A stretch of DNA of 64,000 nt from Burkholderiales bacterium (GTDB lineage: Bacteria > Pseudomonadota > Gammaproteobacteria > Burkholderiales > JACQAP01): assembly GCA_036274775.1 (NCBI GenBank), contig DASUFB010000033.1, positions 16,426 to 80,425 on the forward strand, in the 5' to 3' direction. The notes under the pieces were generated by a model. That model made no database searches, was not told where the DNA came from, and saw only the letters and a program-made list of their open reading frames with translations. Numbering within the stretch: position 1 is the first letter of the stretch; every line of letters starts with the position of its first letter. Positions 18,372-28,079 of this stretch are shown piece after piece. The position numbers were made by a program, and so were the translations under genes.

Positions 18372-20174
18372 ATGGCAGGCAGGACTGACGGCATCGCGCC
18401 CGACGTCGCGAAGACCCTGGACGGGCTGTTCCGGGAGCGCGTGCGCCGCTCGCCGGAGCGGGTGGCCTACCGGAACTTCGACGAGCCGGGCGGCTGGAAG
18501 GACTACACCTGGGGTGATGTCGAGAAGCTGGTGGCGCGCTGGCAGGCCGCCCTCGAGTTGGAGGGGCTGCAGCCGGGCGACCGCGTGGCGATCATGCTGC
18601 GCAACTGCGTGAGCTGGATCGTGTTCGACCAGGCAGCCATGGGCCTGGGGCTCGTCACGGTGCCGCTGTATACCTCCGACCGTCCGGACAACATCGCCTA
18701 CATCCTGCAGGATTCGGGCGCGAAGCTGCTCGTGATCGAGAACGCCGGGCAGTGGGACGCGCTCGCCGACGTGCGGGCTCTGCTTGCCGGCGTGCAGCGT
18801 GCCGTCAGCATCGATGCCGCGGTGAAGGCGCCGTCGGACCCGCGTCTGAAATCCCTGAAGGACTGGCTGCCGGCGTCCGCGCCGGGCGTGAAGCACCTGG
18901 GCGAGGACGGCGGCAAGCTCGCGAGCATCATCTACACGTCGGGCACGACCGGAAAGCCCAAGGGGGTCATGCTGTCGCACACGAACATGCTGGAGAACGC
19001 GTGGGCGGCGCTGCAGTGCTTCGAGGTGACGACGGACGACCTGTTCCTGTCCTTCCTGCCGATGTCGCACACGCTGGAGCGCACCGCGGGCTACTACCTG
19101 ACCCTGATGGCGGGGGCCCAGGTCGCGTACGCGCGTTCGATCGCGCAGCTCGCCGAAGATTTGGTCGCGGTGCGTCCGACGCTCATGATTTCCGTTCCGC
19201 GCATCTACGAACGCGTGTATGGCAGCATCAAGACCAAGCTCGCCGAGGGTCCGGCGCTGCGCAGGCGCCTGTTCGAATTCGCGGTCGCAGTAGGCTGGGC
19301 GCGGTTCGAGCACGGCCAGGGGCGCGGGCCGTGGAAGCCCGCGTTCCTGCTGTGGCCGCTGCTGGAGCTGCTGGTTGCGCGCAAGGTCATGGTCCGGCTC
19401 GGCGGGCGGCTGCGCGCGGCCGTCAGCGGCGGCGCCGCGCTCGCGCCCGACATCGCGAAGCTGTTCGTGGGCCTCGGCTTGCCCATCCTGCAGGGCTACG
19501 GCCTCACCGAGACCAGCCCCGTGGTCAGCACCAATCGCATCGACGACAACGTCCCCGCCAGCATCGGCAAGCCCATTCCCGGCGTGCAGGTGAAGCTCGG
19601 CGACAGGGATGCGCTGCTGGTGAAGGGGCCGAATGTGATGCTCGGCTACTGGAACCTCCCGGACGCGACGAAGGCGATGTTCACCGCCGACGGCTGGCTC
19701 AACACCGGCGACACGGCGCGCATCGACGCCGAGGGCCGCCTCTACATCACCGGCCGGCTCAAGGAGATCATCGTCATGTCCAACGGCGAGAAAGTGCCGC
19801 CCGTGGACATGGAGGCTGCCGTCCTGCAGGACAATCTGTTCGAGCAGGCCATGGTCCTGGGCGAGGGCAGGCCCTACCTGGGAGCCTTCGTCGTCGTCAA
19901 CAGGGAGCAGTGGGCGAAGTTCGCCGCGCAGCACGGCCTGCCCGCGGACGTCGCAGCCATCCCGAAGAGCGAGGCTGCGCAGAAGGCCGTCCTTGATCGC
20001 GTGCAGAAGCAGATCCGGTCCTTTCCGGGCTACGCCAAGATCCACCGCGTGGCCGTGTGCCCGGAGCCATGGACCGTGGAGAACGGGCTGCTCACGCCGA
20101 CCATGAAGCTCAAGCGCGAGAAAGTCGTGGAATCCAACCGGAAGGCGTTCGAGGGCCTGTATGCCGGACACTGA
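18372..20174 (+). CDS. long-chain-fatty-acid--CoA ligase (FadD-like)
   Basis: 600 aa. YTSGTTGKPKGV, GYGLTETSP, TGD...GRLKE motifs. Confidence 0.88.
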   Translation: MAGRTDGIAPDVAKTLDGLFRERVRRSPERVAYRNFDEPGGWKDYTWGDVEKLVARWQAALELEGLQPGDRVAIMLRNCVSWIVFDQAAMGLGLVTVPLYTSDRPDNIAYILQDSGAKLLVIENAGQWDALADVRALLAGVQRAVSIDAAVKAPSDPRLKSLKDWLPASAPGVKHLGEDGGKLASIIYTSGTTGKPKGVMLSHTNMLENAWAALQCFEVTTDDLFLSFLPMSHTLERTAGYYLTLMAGAQVAYARSIAQLAEDLVAVRPTLMISVPRIYERVYGSIKTKLAEGPALRRRLFEFAVAVGWARFEHGQGRGPWKPAFLLWPLLELLVARKVMVRLGGRLRAAVSGGAALAPDIAKLFVGLGLPILQGYGLTETSPVVSTNRIDDNVPASIGKPIPGVQVKLGDRDALLVKGPNVMLGYWNLPDATKAMFTADGWLNTGDTARIDAEGRLYITGRLKEIIVMSNGEKVPPVDMEAAVLQDNLFEQAMVLGEGRPYLGAFVVVNREQWAKFAAQHGLPADVAAIPKSEAAQKAVLDRVQKQIRSFPGYAKIHRVAVCPEPWTVENGLLTPTMKLKREKVVESNRKAFEGLYAGH

Positions 20175-20589
20175 CGGCAAGTCGCGGGGCGCCGCCGGGG
20201 CCGCGGCCCTGCCTGCGGGCAGAGAGCCGACCCTGCGCGTGGTGCCCATGCCGTCCGACGCCAACTACACCGGCGACATCTTCGGCGGCTGGATCATGTC
20301 GCAGGTGGACATCGCCGGCAGTATCCCCGCCATCGAGCTCGCCAGAGGGCGGGTGGCGACCGTCGCCGTGAACTCCTTCGTGTTCAAGCAGCCGGTGCTG
20401 ATCGGCGACCTCGTCAGCTTCTATGCGACCGTCGTGCGCGTGGGGCGCACGTCGATCACCGTGGACGTCGAGGTCTATGCGCGGCGCCGCACGCTGCACG
20501 AGACGGTCAAGGTGACCGAGGCGACGCTGACTTACGTGGCCGTGGACGACGATCGTCGCCCGCGGCCGGTGAATCCGGAATCGGGCTGA
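20161..20589 (+). CDS. acyl-CoA thioesterase (YciA-like hotdog fold)
   Basis: MPSDANYTGDIFGGWIMSQVD matches the YciA signature. Overlaps the ligase gene by 14 nt. Confidence 0.85.
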   Translation: MPDTDGKSRGAAGAAALPAGREPTLRVVPMPSDANYTGDIFGGWIMSQVDIAGSIPAIELARGRVATVAVNSFVFKQPVLIGDLVSFYATVVRVGRTSITVDVEVYARRRTLHETVKVTEATLTYVAVDDDRRPRPVNPESG

Positions 20590-20641
20590 TCCGCATGCGG
20601 TTCGGCAGCTTGGCGGCTTCAACTTCAACCAGGAGGAGATC

Positions 20642-21943
20642 ATGCACAAGCAATTTCGCAGGAACCTGATGGCGATGGCGGTGGCGTCGGCACTGTGGGG
20701 GGCGTCCGGCATGGCTTCGGCCGCCGGCTTCGCATTGATCGAGCAGAGCGCCAGCGGCATGGGCAACGCGTTCGCCGGGGCCGCCGCGACGTCGGAGGAT
20801 GCGAGCGCGATGTGGTTCAACCCGGCGTCCATGTCCAAGCTCCAGGGGGGCATGCAGTTCACGGCGGGCGGCCACCTGATCGACCTGAGTGCCGAGTTCC
20901 ACAACAGCGGCGGGTCGTCCAATCCGGTCGCGCTCGGCAACCCCGGCGGCGGCAACGGCGGGGACGCCGGCGGCATGTCGCCGATCGGGAATTTCTATTT
21001 CGTCGCGCCCATCGGCGACCAGCTGCATTTCGGCGTGGGCGTGAACACGCCCTTCGGCCTGAAGACCGAGTACGACGACAACTGGATCGGCCGCTTCCAG
21101 GGCATCAAGTCGGACCTCGCCACGATCAACGTCAACCCCGCGATCTCCTTCAAGGTGAACGACACGTTTTCCGTGGGCGTCGGCCTGGATTACCAGTTCA
21201 TCGACGCCGAGCTGACCAATGCCATCGTCGCCGGGCCGGGCAACGAGGGGCGGGCCAAGCTGAAGGCGGACGACAGCGCCTGGGGATGGAACGCCGGTGT
21301 GCTGATCGAGCCGGTGAAAGGCACGCGCATCGGTGCGAGCTACCGCTCGAAGATCGACTACACCCTCGACGGCACGGCGTCGGCTACGAGCGCCTCGGGC
21401 GCGACGATCGCCGACAATCCCGTGCACGGCGACATCACGATGCCGGAGTCGTTCTCCATCAGCCTCGCGCAGGCGCTGGGTGAGAAATGGGAATTTCTGG
21501 CGGACGCGACCTTCACGAAATGGAGCGCGATCAACCGCGTCAACGTGCTCAATTCGAACACTGGCGCGACCGTCGACACGCTGGTGCTGGACTTCGACGA
21601 CAGCTGGCGCTATTCCGTGGGCGTCAACTACAAGCTCAACGACGGCTGGAAGCTCAGGGCCGGCGTGGCGCTCGACCAAACACCGGTCAAGGACGCCACG
21701 ACGCGCACGGTGCGCATGCCCGACAACGACCGCACGTGGGTCTCGTTTGGCGCCCAGGTCAAGATCAAGGAAACCGGGCGCCTGGACTTCGGCTATGCGC
21801 ATCTGTTCATCAAGGATGCCGACATCAACAATACGCGGGACCAGACCGGTTTCCCCATCCCCGGCGCGGCGACGTCGCATGTCGTGGGTACCTACGAGGG
21901 CTCGGTGAACATATTCAGCATGACCTACTCCATGGCGTTCTGA
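20642..21943 (+). CDS. fadL: outer-membrane long-chain fatty acid transporter (FadL/OmpP1/TodX family)
   Basis: Signal peptide. AAGFALIEQSASGMGNAFAG N-terminal hatch motif. Terminal ...YSMAF. Confidence 0.9.
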   Translation: MHKQFRRNLMAMAVASALWGASGMASAAGFALIEQSASGMGNAFAGAAATSEDASAMWFNPASMSKLQGGMQFTAGGHLIDLSAEFHNSGGSSNPVALGNPGGGNGGDAGGMSPIGNFYFVAPIGDQLHFGVGVNTPFGLKTEYDDNWIGRFQGIKSDLATINVNPAISFKVNDTFSVGVGLDYQFIDAELTNAIVAGPGNEGRAKLKADDSAWGWNAGVLIEPVKGTRIGASYRSKIDYTLDGTASATSASGATIADNPVHGDITMPESFSISLAQALGEKWEFLADATFTKWSAINRVNVLNSNTGATVDTLVLDFDDSWRYSVGVNYKLNDGWKLRAGVALDQTPVKDATTRTVRMPDNDRTWVSFGAQVKIKETGRLDFGYAHLFIKDADINNTRDQTGFPIPGAATSHVVGTYEGSVNIFSMTYSMAF

Positions 21944-22025
21944 CGCGAAGGGCGAGCGGCGGGGCCGCGGCCCCGCCGCCTTCCCTCAACCAGAGACCGT
22001 CCCAGGCTTCGTGAAGGAATCCCCC

Positions 22026-24512
22026 ATGGCAGAACAATCCCCTTTCATCGTTCGCAAGGTCGCCGTCCTCGGCGCCGGCGTCATGGGCGCGCAGATCGCC
22101 GCCCACCTCGTCAACGCCGGCGTGGAAGCGGTGCTGTTCGAGCTGCCGGCGAAGGAGGGCGATCCGAACGCGAACGTGCGCAAGGCGATCGACGGCCTGA
22201 AGAAGCTGGAGCCGAGCCCGCTCGCCACGCAGCCGAAGGCCGACTTCATCCAGCCCGCGAACTACGACGACGACCTCGGCCTGCTGAAGGACTGCGACGT
22301 CGTCATCGAGGCCATCTCCGAGCGCATGGACTGGAAGAAGGCCTTGTACGAGAAAGTGGCGCCGCACCTGGGCGGGGGCACCATATTCGCGAGCAACACC
22401 TCGGGGCTGTCCATCAACTCCCTGGCCGAGGCGATGCCGGCCCATGCAAGGGCGCGCTTCTGCGGCGTGCATTTCTTCAACCCGCCGCGCTACATGCATC
22501 TCGTGGAGCTGATCCCGGGGCGCTCGACCGATCCGGCCATCCTCGACCGGCTCGAGCAGTTCCTGGTCACCGCGCTGGGCAAGGGCGTGGTGCGCGCCAG
22601 GGACACGCCGAACTTCATCGCCAACCGCGTGGGCGTATTCTCCATCCTCGCGGCCTTCCACCATACGCGGCAGTTCGGGCTGGGCTTCGACGAGGTCGAT
22701 GCGCTGACCGGCTCGCTGATCGGCCGGCCCAAGAGCGCGACCTACCGCACCGCGGACGTGGTCGGCCTGGATACGCTGGCGCACGTGGTCAACACGATGA
22801 AGGACGCGCTGCCCGATGACCCGTGGCACAAGTACTACGAGGTGCCGGACTGGTTCCGGCGGTTGCTCGAGCAGCAGGCCTTCGGGCAGAAGTCCGGCCG
22901 CGGCGTCTACCAGAAGCACGGCAAGGACATCCTGGTCCTCGACCTGAAGGGCAACGGCTACCGGCCGTCGGCGGGCGAGGCGGACGCCTCGGTGGTCGAG
23001 ATCCTGAAGAACAGGAACGTCGCCGAGCGTTTCGCGCTACTGCGCGCATCCGCGCATCCGCAGGCGCAATTCATGTGGGCGGCGTTCCGCGACATGCTGC
23101 ACTACTGCGCCTGCCATCTCGAGGCCGTCGCCGACAATGCCCGCGACCTGGATTTCGCGGTCCGCTGGGGTTTCGGCTGGAACCAGGGGCCGTTCGAGAT
23201 CTGGCAGGCGGCGGGCTGGCAGCAGATGGCGAAATGGATCGCGGAGGACATCGCCGCGGGCAAGACCATGGCGTCCGTGCCCCTGCCGGGCTGGGCGACC
23301 GAGCCCGGCCGCGACGGCGTGCACGAGCCCGACGGATCGTGGAGTGCCGCGACCAGGAGCTACCAGCCGCGCTCGCGGCTCCCGGTCTACCGCCGCCAGC
23401 CCTTCCCGGACCGCCTGATCAGCGAGCCTGCCGTCTACGGCAGCACCGTCTTCGAGACCGACGCCGTGCGCATGTGGACCACCGGCGACGACATCGGCGT
23501 GGTCGGCTTCAAGTCCAAGATGCACGCGATCGGCGAGGACGTGCTGGACGGCGTCATGCAGGCGATCGACGAATCGGAGCGGCGCTTCAAGGGCATGATC
23601 ATCTGGCAGACCGAGCCGCCGTTCTCGGTGGGTGCCAACCTGTCGGGCGGGGGAAGCCGCAAGAGCGAGCAGAAGCCCTCGGCGTTCGCTTCGATGATGA
23701 AGAAGTTCAAGCGCGAGGCCGAGTCCGCGATCCTGAAGGCGGCCTTCAAGCTGAACGTCGCCGACTCGCTGATGGCCGGCCGGCTGGAGAAGGTCGAGCA
23801 GGTCGTCGAGCAGTTCCAGGCGACCTCGCAGGCGCTGCGTTACTGCATGGTCCCCACCATCGCGGCCGTTGATGGCATGGCGCTCGGCGGCGGCTGCGAG
23901 TTCACCATGCACTGCGACCGCGCAGTGGCCTCGCTGGAGAGCTACATCGGCCTGGTCGAGGCGGGGGTGGGCCTGTTGCCGGCGGGCGGCGGCTGCAAGG
24001 AATTCGCGATGCGCGCCAATGCCGACGCCAGGGGCGGGGATGCTTTCCCGTTCCTGAAGAATTATTTCCAGAACGTGGCCACGGCACAGATCGGCAAGAG
24101 CGCCGAGCATTCGCGCGAGCTGGGCTTCCTGCGGGCGTCCGACCGCATCGTCATGAACCGCTTCGAGCTGCTGTACGTGGCGAAGGCCGAGCTGAATGCC
24201 ATGGCCGACGCCGGCTACCGGCCGCCGCTGAGAGCCCGCGGCATTCCCGCGGCCGGCCGCAGCGCCATCGCCACCTTCAAGATGGCCATGGAGAACATGC
24301 TGGCCGGGCACTACATCTCCGAGCACGATTTCCTGATCGGCTCCAGGGTCGCCTACGTCATGTGCGGCGGCGACGTCGAGCCCGGCACGCCGGTCACCGA
24401 GGACTGGTACCTCGATCTCGAGCGCAGGTGCTTCATGGAGCTGATCGCGACGGAGAAAACACAAGCCCGGATCGAGCACATGCTCAAGACCGGTAAACCA
24501 CTAAGGAACTAG
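22026..24512 (+). CDS. fadB: bifunctional 3-hydroxyacyl-CoA dehydrogenase / enoyl-CoA hydratase
   Basis: VAVLGAGVMGAQIA NAD fold at the N-terminus and a crotonase domain at the C-terminus (AAVDGMALGGGCEF). ATG at 22026 preceded by GAAGGAA. Confidence 0.9.
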   Translation: MAEQSPFIVRKVAVLGAGVMGAQIAAHLVNAGVEAVLFELPAKEGDPNANVRKAIDGLKKLEPSPLATQPKADFIQPANYDDDLGLLKDCDVVIEAISERMDWKKALYEKVAPHLGGGTIFASNTSGLSINSLAEAMPAHARARFCGVHFFNPPRYMHLVELIPGRSTDPAILDRLEQFLVTALGKGVVRARDTPNFIANRVGVFSILAAFHHTRQFGLGFDEVDALTGSLIGRPKSATYRTADVVGLDTLAHVVNTMKDALPDDPWHKYYEVPDWFRRLLEQQAFGQKSGRGVYQKHGKDILVLDLKGNGYRPSAGEADASVVEILKNRNVAERFALLRASAHPQAQFMWAAFRDMLHYCACHLEAVADNARDLDFAVRWGFGWNQGPFEIWQAAGWQQMAKWIAEDIAAGKTMASVPLPGWATEPGRDGVHEPDGSWSAATRSYQPRSRLPVYRRQPFPDRLISEPAVYGSTVFETDAVRMWTTGDDIGVVGFKSKMHAIGEDVLDGVMQAIDESERRFKGMIIWQTEPPFSVGANLSGGGSRKSEQKPSAFASMMKKFKREAESAILKAAFKLNVADSLMAGRLEKVEQVVEQFQATSQALRYCMVPTIAAVDGMALGGGCEFTMHCDRAVASLESYIGLVEAGVGLLPAGGGCKEFAMRANADARGGDAFPFLKNYFQNVATAQIGKSAEHSRELGFLRASDRIVMNRFELLYVAKAELNAMADAGYRPPLRARGIPAAGRSAIATFKMAMENMLAGHYISEHDFLIGSRVAYVMCGGDVEPGTPVTEDWYLDLERRCFMELIATEKTQARIEHMLKTGKPLRN

Positions 24513-24524
24513 TGCCTACATCCC

Positions 24525-24698
24525 ATCACGAAGACACGAAGGACACGAAGGAACACGAAGAAAAGCAACAGAAGGTATCTGTGTGCCACGCCTTCAACAG
24601 GCCCCTCTTGCAGCGACGAAAATTTTGCCGACGAAATTGTTCCATGCTGCGCGTTTGCTCTTCTTCGTGCGTCTTCGTGTCCTTCGTGTCTTCGTGAT
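24525..24698. repeat. tandem-unit hairpin element, copy C (CACGAAGR units)
   Basis: atcacgaagacacgaaggacacgaag (24525-24550) is the perfect 26-bp reverse complement of 24673-24698. The arms continue imperfectly to about 40 nt. About 90-nt centre. Starts 12 nt after the fadB stop. Confidence 0.92.
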
Positions 24699-24728
24699 GA
24701 GAAGTAAATAGATTGAGAGGTGTAGATC

Positions 24729-25931
24729 ATGGCAAAGCAAATTCAAGACGCGTACATCGTGGCGGCCACACGGACACCGGTCGGCAAGGCACCGCGCGGC
24801 GTGCTGAGGCACGCGCGGCCGGACGACATGCTGGCGCACGTGCTGAAGCACGCGCTGGCGCAGGCGCCGGGGCTGGACCCGCACGCGATCGACGACGTCG
24901 TGGTCGGCTGCGCCATGCCGGAGGCGGAGCAGGGCATGAACGTCGCGCGCATCGGCTTGCTGCTGGCCGGATTCCCCAACAACGTCTCGGGCGTGACGCT
25001 GAACCGGTTCTGCTCCTCCGGGTTGCAGGCCGTGGCGACCGCGGCGGACCGCATCCGGCTGGGCGAGGCAGACGTCATGGTCGGCGCCGGCACGGAAAGC
25101 ATGAGCATGATCCCGATGGGCGGCAACAAGATCGTCGCCAATGAGCGCATCTTCGAGAAGGACGAGAACGTCGGCATCGCCTACGGCATGGGCATCACCG
25201 CGGAAAACGTCGCGGCGCAATGGAACGTCAGCCGCGAGGCCCAGGACCAGTTCGCCACCGAATCCCACGCCAAGGCCCTGGCCGCCATCGAGAAGGGCGA
25301 GTTCCGGCAGGAGATTTCGCCCTACACGCTGGACGAGCACGTGCCGGACTTCGCCAGCCACCAGGTCGTGACCCGCAGCAAGGTCGTCGACACCGATGAG
25401 GGCCCGCGCGCGGGCACGACGCCCGAGGTGCTGGCCAGGCTGCGGCCGGCGTTCGACGCGAAAGGCTCGGTGACGGCGGGCAACAGCTCGCAGACCTCCG
25501 ACGGCGCGGCCGCGATCGTCCTGATGAGCGAGGCCGCGCTGAAGCGCTATAACCTGCAGCCGCTCGGGCGCTTCCTGGGATTCGCGGTCGCCGGCGTGCC
25601 GCCGGAGATCATGGGCATCGGACCGAAGTTCGCGATCCCGAAAGTGCTCAGGCAGACCGGCCTGAAGCTGGAGGACATCGACTGGATCGAGCTCAACGAG
25701 GCCTTCGCGGCGCAGAGCCTCGCCGTGATCGGCGACCTCGGGCTCGACCGCAGCAGGATCAACCCGCTGGGCGGAGCCATCGCCCTGGGCCATCCGCTCG
25801 GGGCCACGGGTGCCATCCGCACGGCCACGCTCATGCACGGCCTGCGCCGGCGCCGCCAGAAGTACGGCATGGTCACGATGTGCATCGGCACCGGCATGGG
25901 GGCGGCGGGGATATTCGAGTCCCTGCAATGA
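24729..25931 (+). CDS. fadA: acetyl-CoA C-acyltransferase (3-ketoacyl-CoA thiolase)
   Basis: 400 aa. Active-site blocks LNRFCSSGLQAV, NEAFAAQ, GHPLGATG, CIGTGMG. Confidence 0.93.
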   Translation: MAKQIQDAYIVAATRTPVGKAPRGVLRHARPDDMLAHVLKHALAQAPGLDPHAIDDVVVGCAMPEAEQGMNVARIGLLLAGFPNNVSGVTLNRFCSSGLQAVATAADRIRLGEADVMVGAGTESMSMIPMGGNKIVANERIFEKDENVGIAYGMGITAENVAAQWNVSREAQDQFATESHAKALAAIEKGEFRQEISPYTLDEHVPDFASHQVVTRSKVVDTDEGPRAGTTPEVLARLRPAFDAKGSVTAGNSSQTSDGAAAIVLMSEAALKRYNLQPLGRFLGFAVAGVPPEIMGIGPKFAIPKVLRQTGLKLEDIDWIELNEAFAAQSLAVIGDLGLDRSRINPLGGAIALGHPLGATGAIRTATLMHGLRRRRQKYGMVTMCIGTGMGAAGIFESLQ

Positions 25932-26452
25932 GCCGCGAAGGCCCGTGGCGCGGCAGCCTGCCGCGGGAGTCGCTGCGCACGCGATTGCTGCGGCTGCGCT
26001 TCAATTTCTTTCCCGCGTTCCGGGGCACGGGCGCAAGGGTCATCCACATCTCCGAGGACAGGTGCATGCTGCGCATCAAGCTGCCGCTGAACCTGTGGAC
26101 CCGAAACATCCACGGCACGCTGTTCGGCGGCGCCATGTACGCGGCGACGGACCCTCTCTACGCCATCCTCGTGAAGATGGGGCTCGGGCCGGGCTACATC
26201 GTCTGGGACAAGGCCGGCGCGATCCGCTACAGGCGTCCGGGGCGCTCCACGCTCTACGCCGAATGCAGCGTGACCGAGGCGCAGATCGCGCGCCTGCGCA
26301 GGCGGCTGGAATGCGAGCCGTCGGTCGACGTGGAATACCGGATCGAGCTGGTGGACGCGCGCGGCGCGGTCCACGCCGTGGTCGACAAAACCATCTACGT
26401 GGCGAGGAAGGACGCCTACAAGGCGAAGGTCGCGGCGGCCGCGCTGGATTAG
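25928..26452 (+). CDS. DUF4442/YiiD_C-like hotdog thioesterase-fold protein
   Basis: MSREGPW... start overlaps the fadA stop (ATGA). NIHGTLFGGAMYAATDPLY block typical of PaaI/DUF4442 folds. Confidence 0.65.
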   Translation: MSREGPWRGSLPRESLRTRLLRLRFNFFPAFRGTGARVIHISEDRCMLRIKLPLNLWTRNIHGTLFGGAMYAATDPLYAILVKMGLGPGYIVWDKAGAIRYRRPGRSTLYAECSVTEAQIARLRRRLECEPSVDVEYRIELVDARGAVHAVVDKTIYVARKDAYKAKVAAAALD

Positions 26453-26495
26453 AATTCCGCCTGCATCCGCAACAATTACAAGGGAGCCGGTTCAC

Positions 26496-27635
26496 ATGTC
26501 CAGGATCGCCCGCGTCGAGGTCTTCCAGGTCGACCTCAAGCCGCACGTGCAGCGCGGCGACGCCATCCAGTCCTTCCACACGCAGGAAACGCCCATGGTC
26601 CGGCTGTTCACGGACGACGGCGCGGAGGGCACGGGCTACACCTACACCATCGGCACCGGCGGCTCGTCCGTCGTCGCCCTGATCCGCGACCACCTCGGGC
26701 CGCAACTGCTCGGGCGCGACCCCGCGATGATCGAGCAGATCTGGAAGGACCTGTTCTTCCACACCCACGCGACCGCGGTCGGCGCGATCACCAGCCTGGC
26801 GCTGTGCGCCATCGACACCGCGCTGTGGGACATGCGCGGGCGCAAGGCGGGGCTGCCGCTGCACGTCATGGCCGGCGGCGCGCAGAACCGGGTGCCGATC
26901 TACGACACGGAGGGCGGCTGGCTGCACTTCCCGGTCGGGCAGGTCATCGAGAACGCGCTGGCGAACAAGGCGCGCGGCTTCCGCGGCGTCAAGGTCAAGG
27001 TCGGCAAGCCGCACGTGAGCGAGGACGTCAAGCGCCTCGCGGCCGTGCGCAAGGCGATCGGCGACGAGATGGAGCTCATGGTCGACGCCAACCAGGGCTT
27101 CACCGTGTCCGAAAGCATCCGCCGCGCGCGCCATTTCGAGCAGTTCGACCTCGCGTGGTTCGAGGAGCCGATGCCGGCCGAGGACCTGAACGGCCACGTG
27201 CTGCTGCAGCAGTCGACCAGCCTGCCGGTGGCGGTCGGCGAGTCGATCTACTCGATCAGCCACATGCGCGAGTACATGCAGCGCGGCGCCTGCTCCATCA
27301 TCCAGACCGACGTGGCGCGCATCGGCGGCATCACGCCGTGGCTGAAGACCGCGCATGCGGCCGAGTCCTTCAACATGCCGATCTGCCCGCATTTCCTGAT
27401 GGAGCTGCACATCGGCCTGTGCGCAGCCGTGCCGAACTGCCCGTGGATCGAGAATATCCCGCAGCTGGGGGCGATCATGAAGAACGAGATGAGGATAGAG
27501 AAGGGGTACGCCTATCCCTACGAGACGCCCGGGCTGGGCATCGAGTGGAACTGGAAGGCGATCGAGCGCCTGCGCACGGCGGCGCCGGCGGTGCTGCAGG
27601 CGGCCTCCGGCGCGGCGAAGAAGAGGGCGAAATGA
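26496..27635 (+). CDS. enolase-superfamily enzyme (mandelate racemase/muconate lactonizing family)
   Basis: 379 aa. ALCAIDTALWDMRGR, KVKVG, DANQGF, FEEP, GES motifs mark the metal ligands and catalytic residues of the MR subgroup. Confidence 0.8.
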   Translation: MSRIARVEVFQVDLKPHVQRGDAIQSFHTQETPMVRLFTDDGAEGTGYTYTIGTGGSSVVALIRDHLGPQLLGRDPAMIEQIWKDLFFHTHATAVGAITSLALCAIDTALWDMRGRKAGLPLHVMAGGAQNRVPIYDTEGGWLHFPVGQVIENALANKARGFRGVKVKVGKPHVSEDVKRLAAVRKAIGDEMELMVDANQGFTVSESIRRARHFEQFDLAWFEEPMPAEDLNGHVLLQQSTSLPVAVGESIYSISHMREYMQRGACSIIQTDVARIGGITPWLKTAHAAESFNMPICPHFLMELHIGLCAAVPNCPWIENIPQLGAIMKNEMRIEKGYAYPYETPGLGIEWNWKAIERLRTAAPAVLQAASGAAKKRAK

Positions 27636-28075
27636 CCCTGCGCGCGGCGTTCCTCGCGGTGCTGTCGCTGCTCGCGCTGCAGGCGACGGCGGCGAACGAC
27701 ACGCCGGCCGGAACGTGGCGGACCATCGACGACAAGACGAAGCAGGAGCGCTCGATCATCCGCATCACGGAACAGGGCGGCGAGCTCAAGGGCGTGGTCG
27801 AGAAGATCTTCGACCAGCCAGGCGACGATCCCGCACACCTGTGCAAGGCATGCAAGGACGAGCGCAAGGACAAGCCCATCGTCGGCATGACCATCCTCTG
27901 GGGCCTCAAGAAGGACGGCGATGCCTGGACCGGGGGCGAGATCCTCGATCCCAAGAACGGCAAGACCTACCGCTGCAAGCTGACCCTGTCCGCCGACGGC
28001 AGGAGCCTCGACGTGCGCGGCTTCATCGGCATCTCGCTCATCGGCCGCACGCAGACCTGGCTGAGGCAGGAGTAG
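27632..28075 (+). CDS. DUF2147-domain periplasmic protein
   Basis: Signal peptide. GTWRTIDDKT...GEILDPKNGKTYRCKL...L.VRGF pattern of DUF2147. Start overlaps the previous stop (ATGA). Confidence 0.75.
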   Translation: MTLRAAFLAVLSLLALQATAANDTPAGTWRTIDDKTKQERSIIRITEQGGELKGVVEKIFDQPGDDPAHLCKACKDERKDKPIVGMTILWGLKKDGDAWTGGEILDPKNGKTYRCKLTLSADGRSLDVRGFIGISLIGRTQTWLRQE

Positions 28076-28079
28076 GCGG

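Noticed and set aside
17190-20264. 1024-aa ORF on the minus strand. Similar long antisense ORFs include 14066-16660, 36591-38777, 38778-40817, 7608-9293, 78-1826, 41951-43777 and 49748-51544.
   Set aside because: All lie antisense to, or out of frame with, genes carrying unmistakable family motifs. Their translations are low-complexity Arg/Ala/Gly/Pro/His strings with no motifs. Long open frames on the opposite strand are expected at this GC content.
21956-21980. GC-rich palindrome gcggcggggcc/ggccccgccgc after fadL, as a possible terminator.
   Set aside because: The stem is perfect, but the loop is essentially absent and no U-tract follows. I could not support it as a Rho-independent terminator, and it is not related to the tandem-unit elements.
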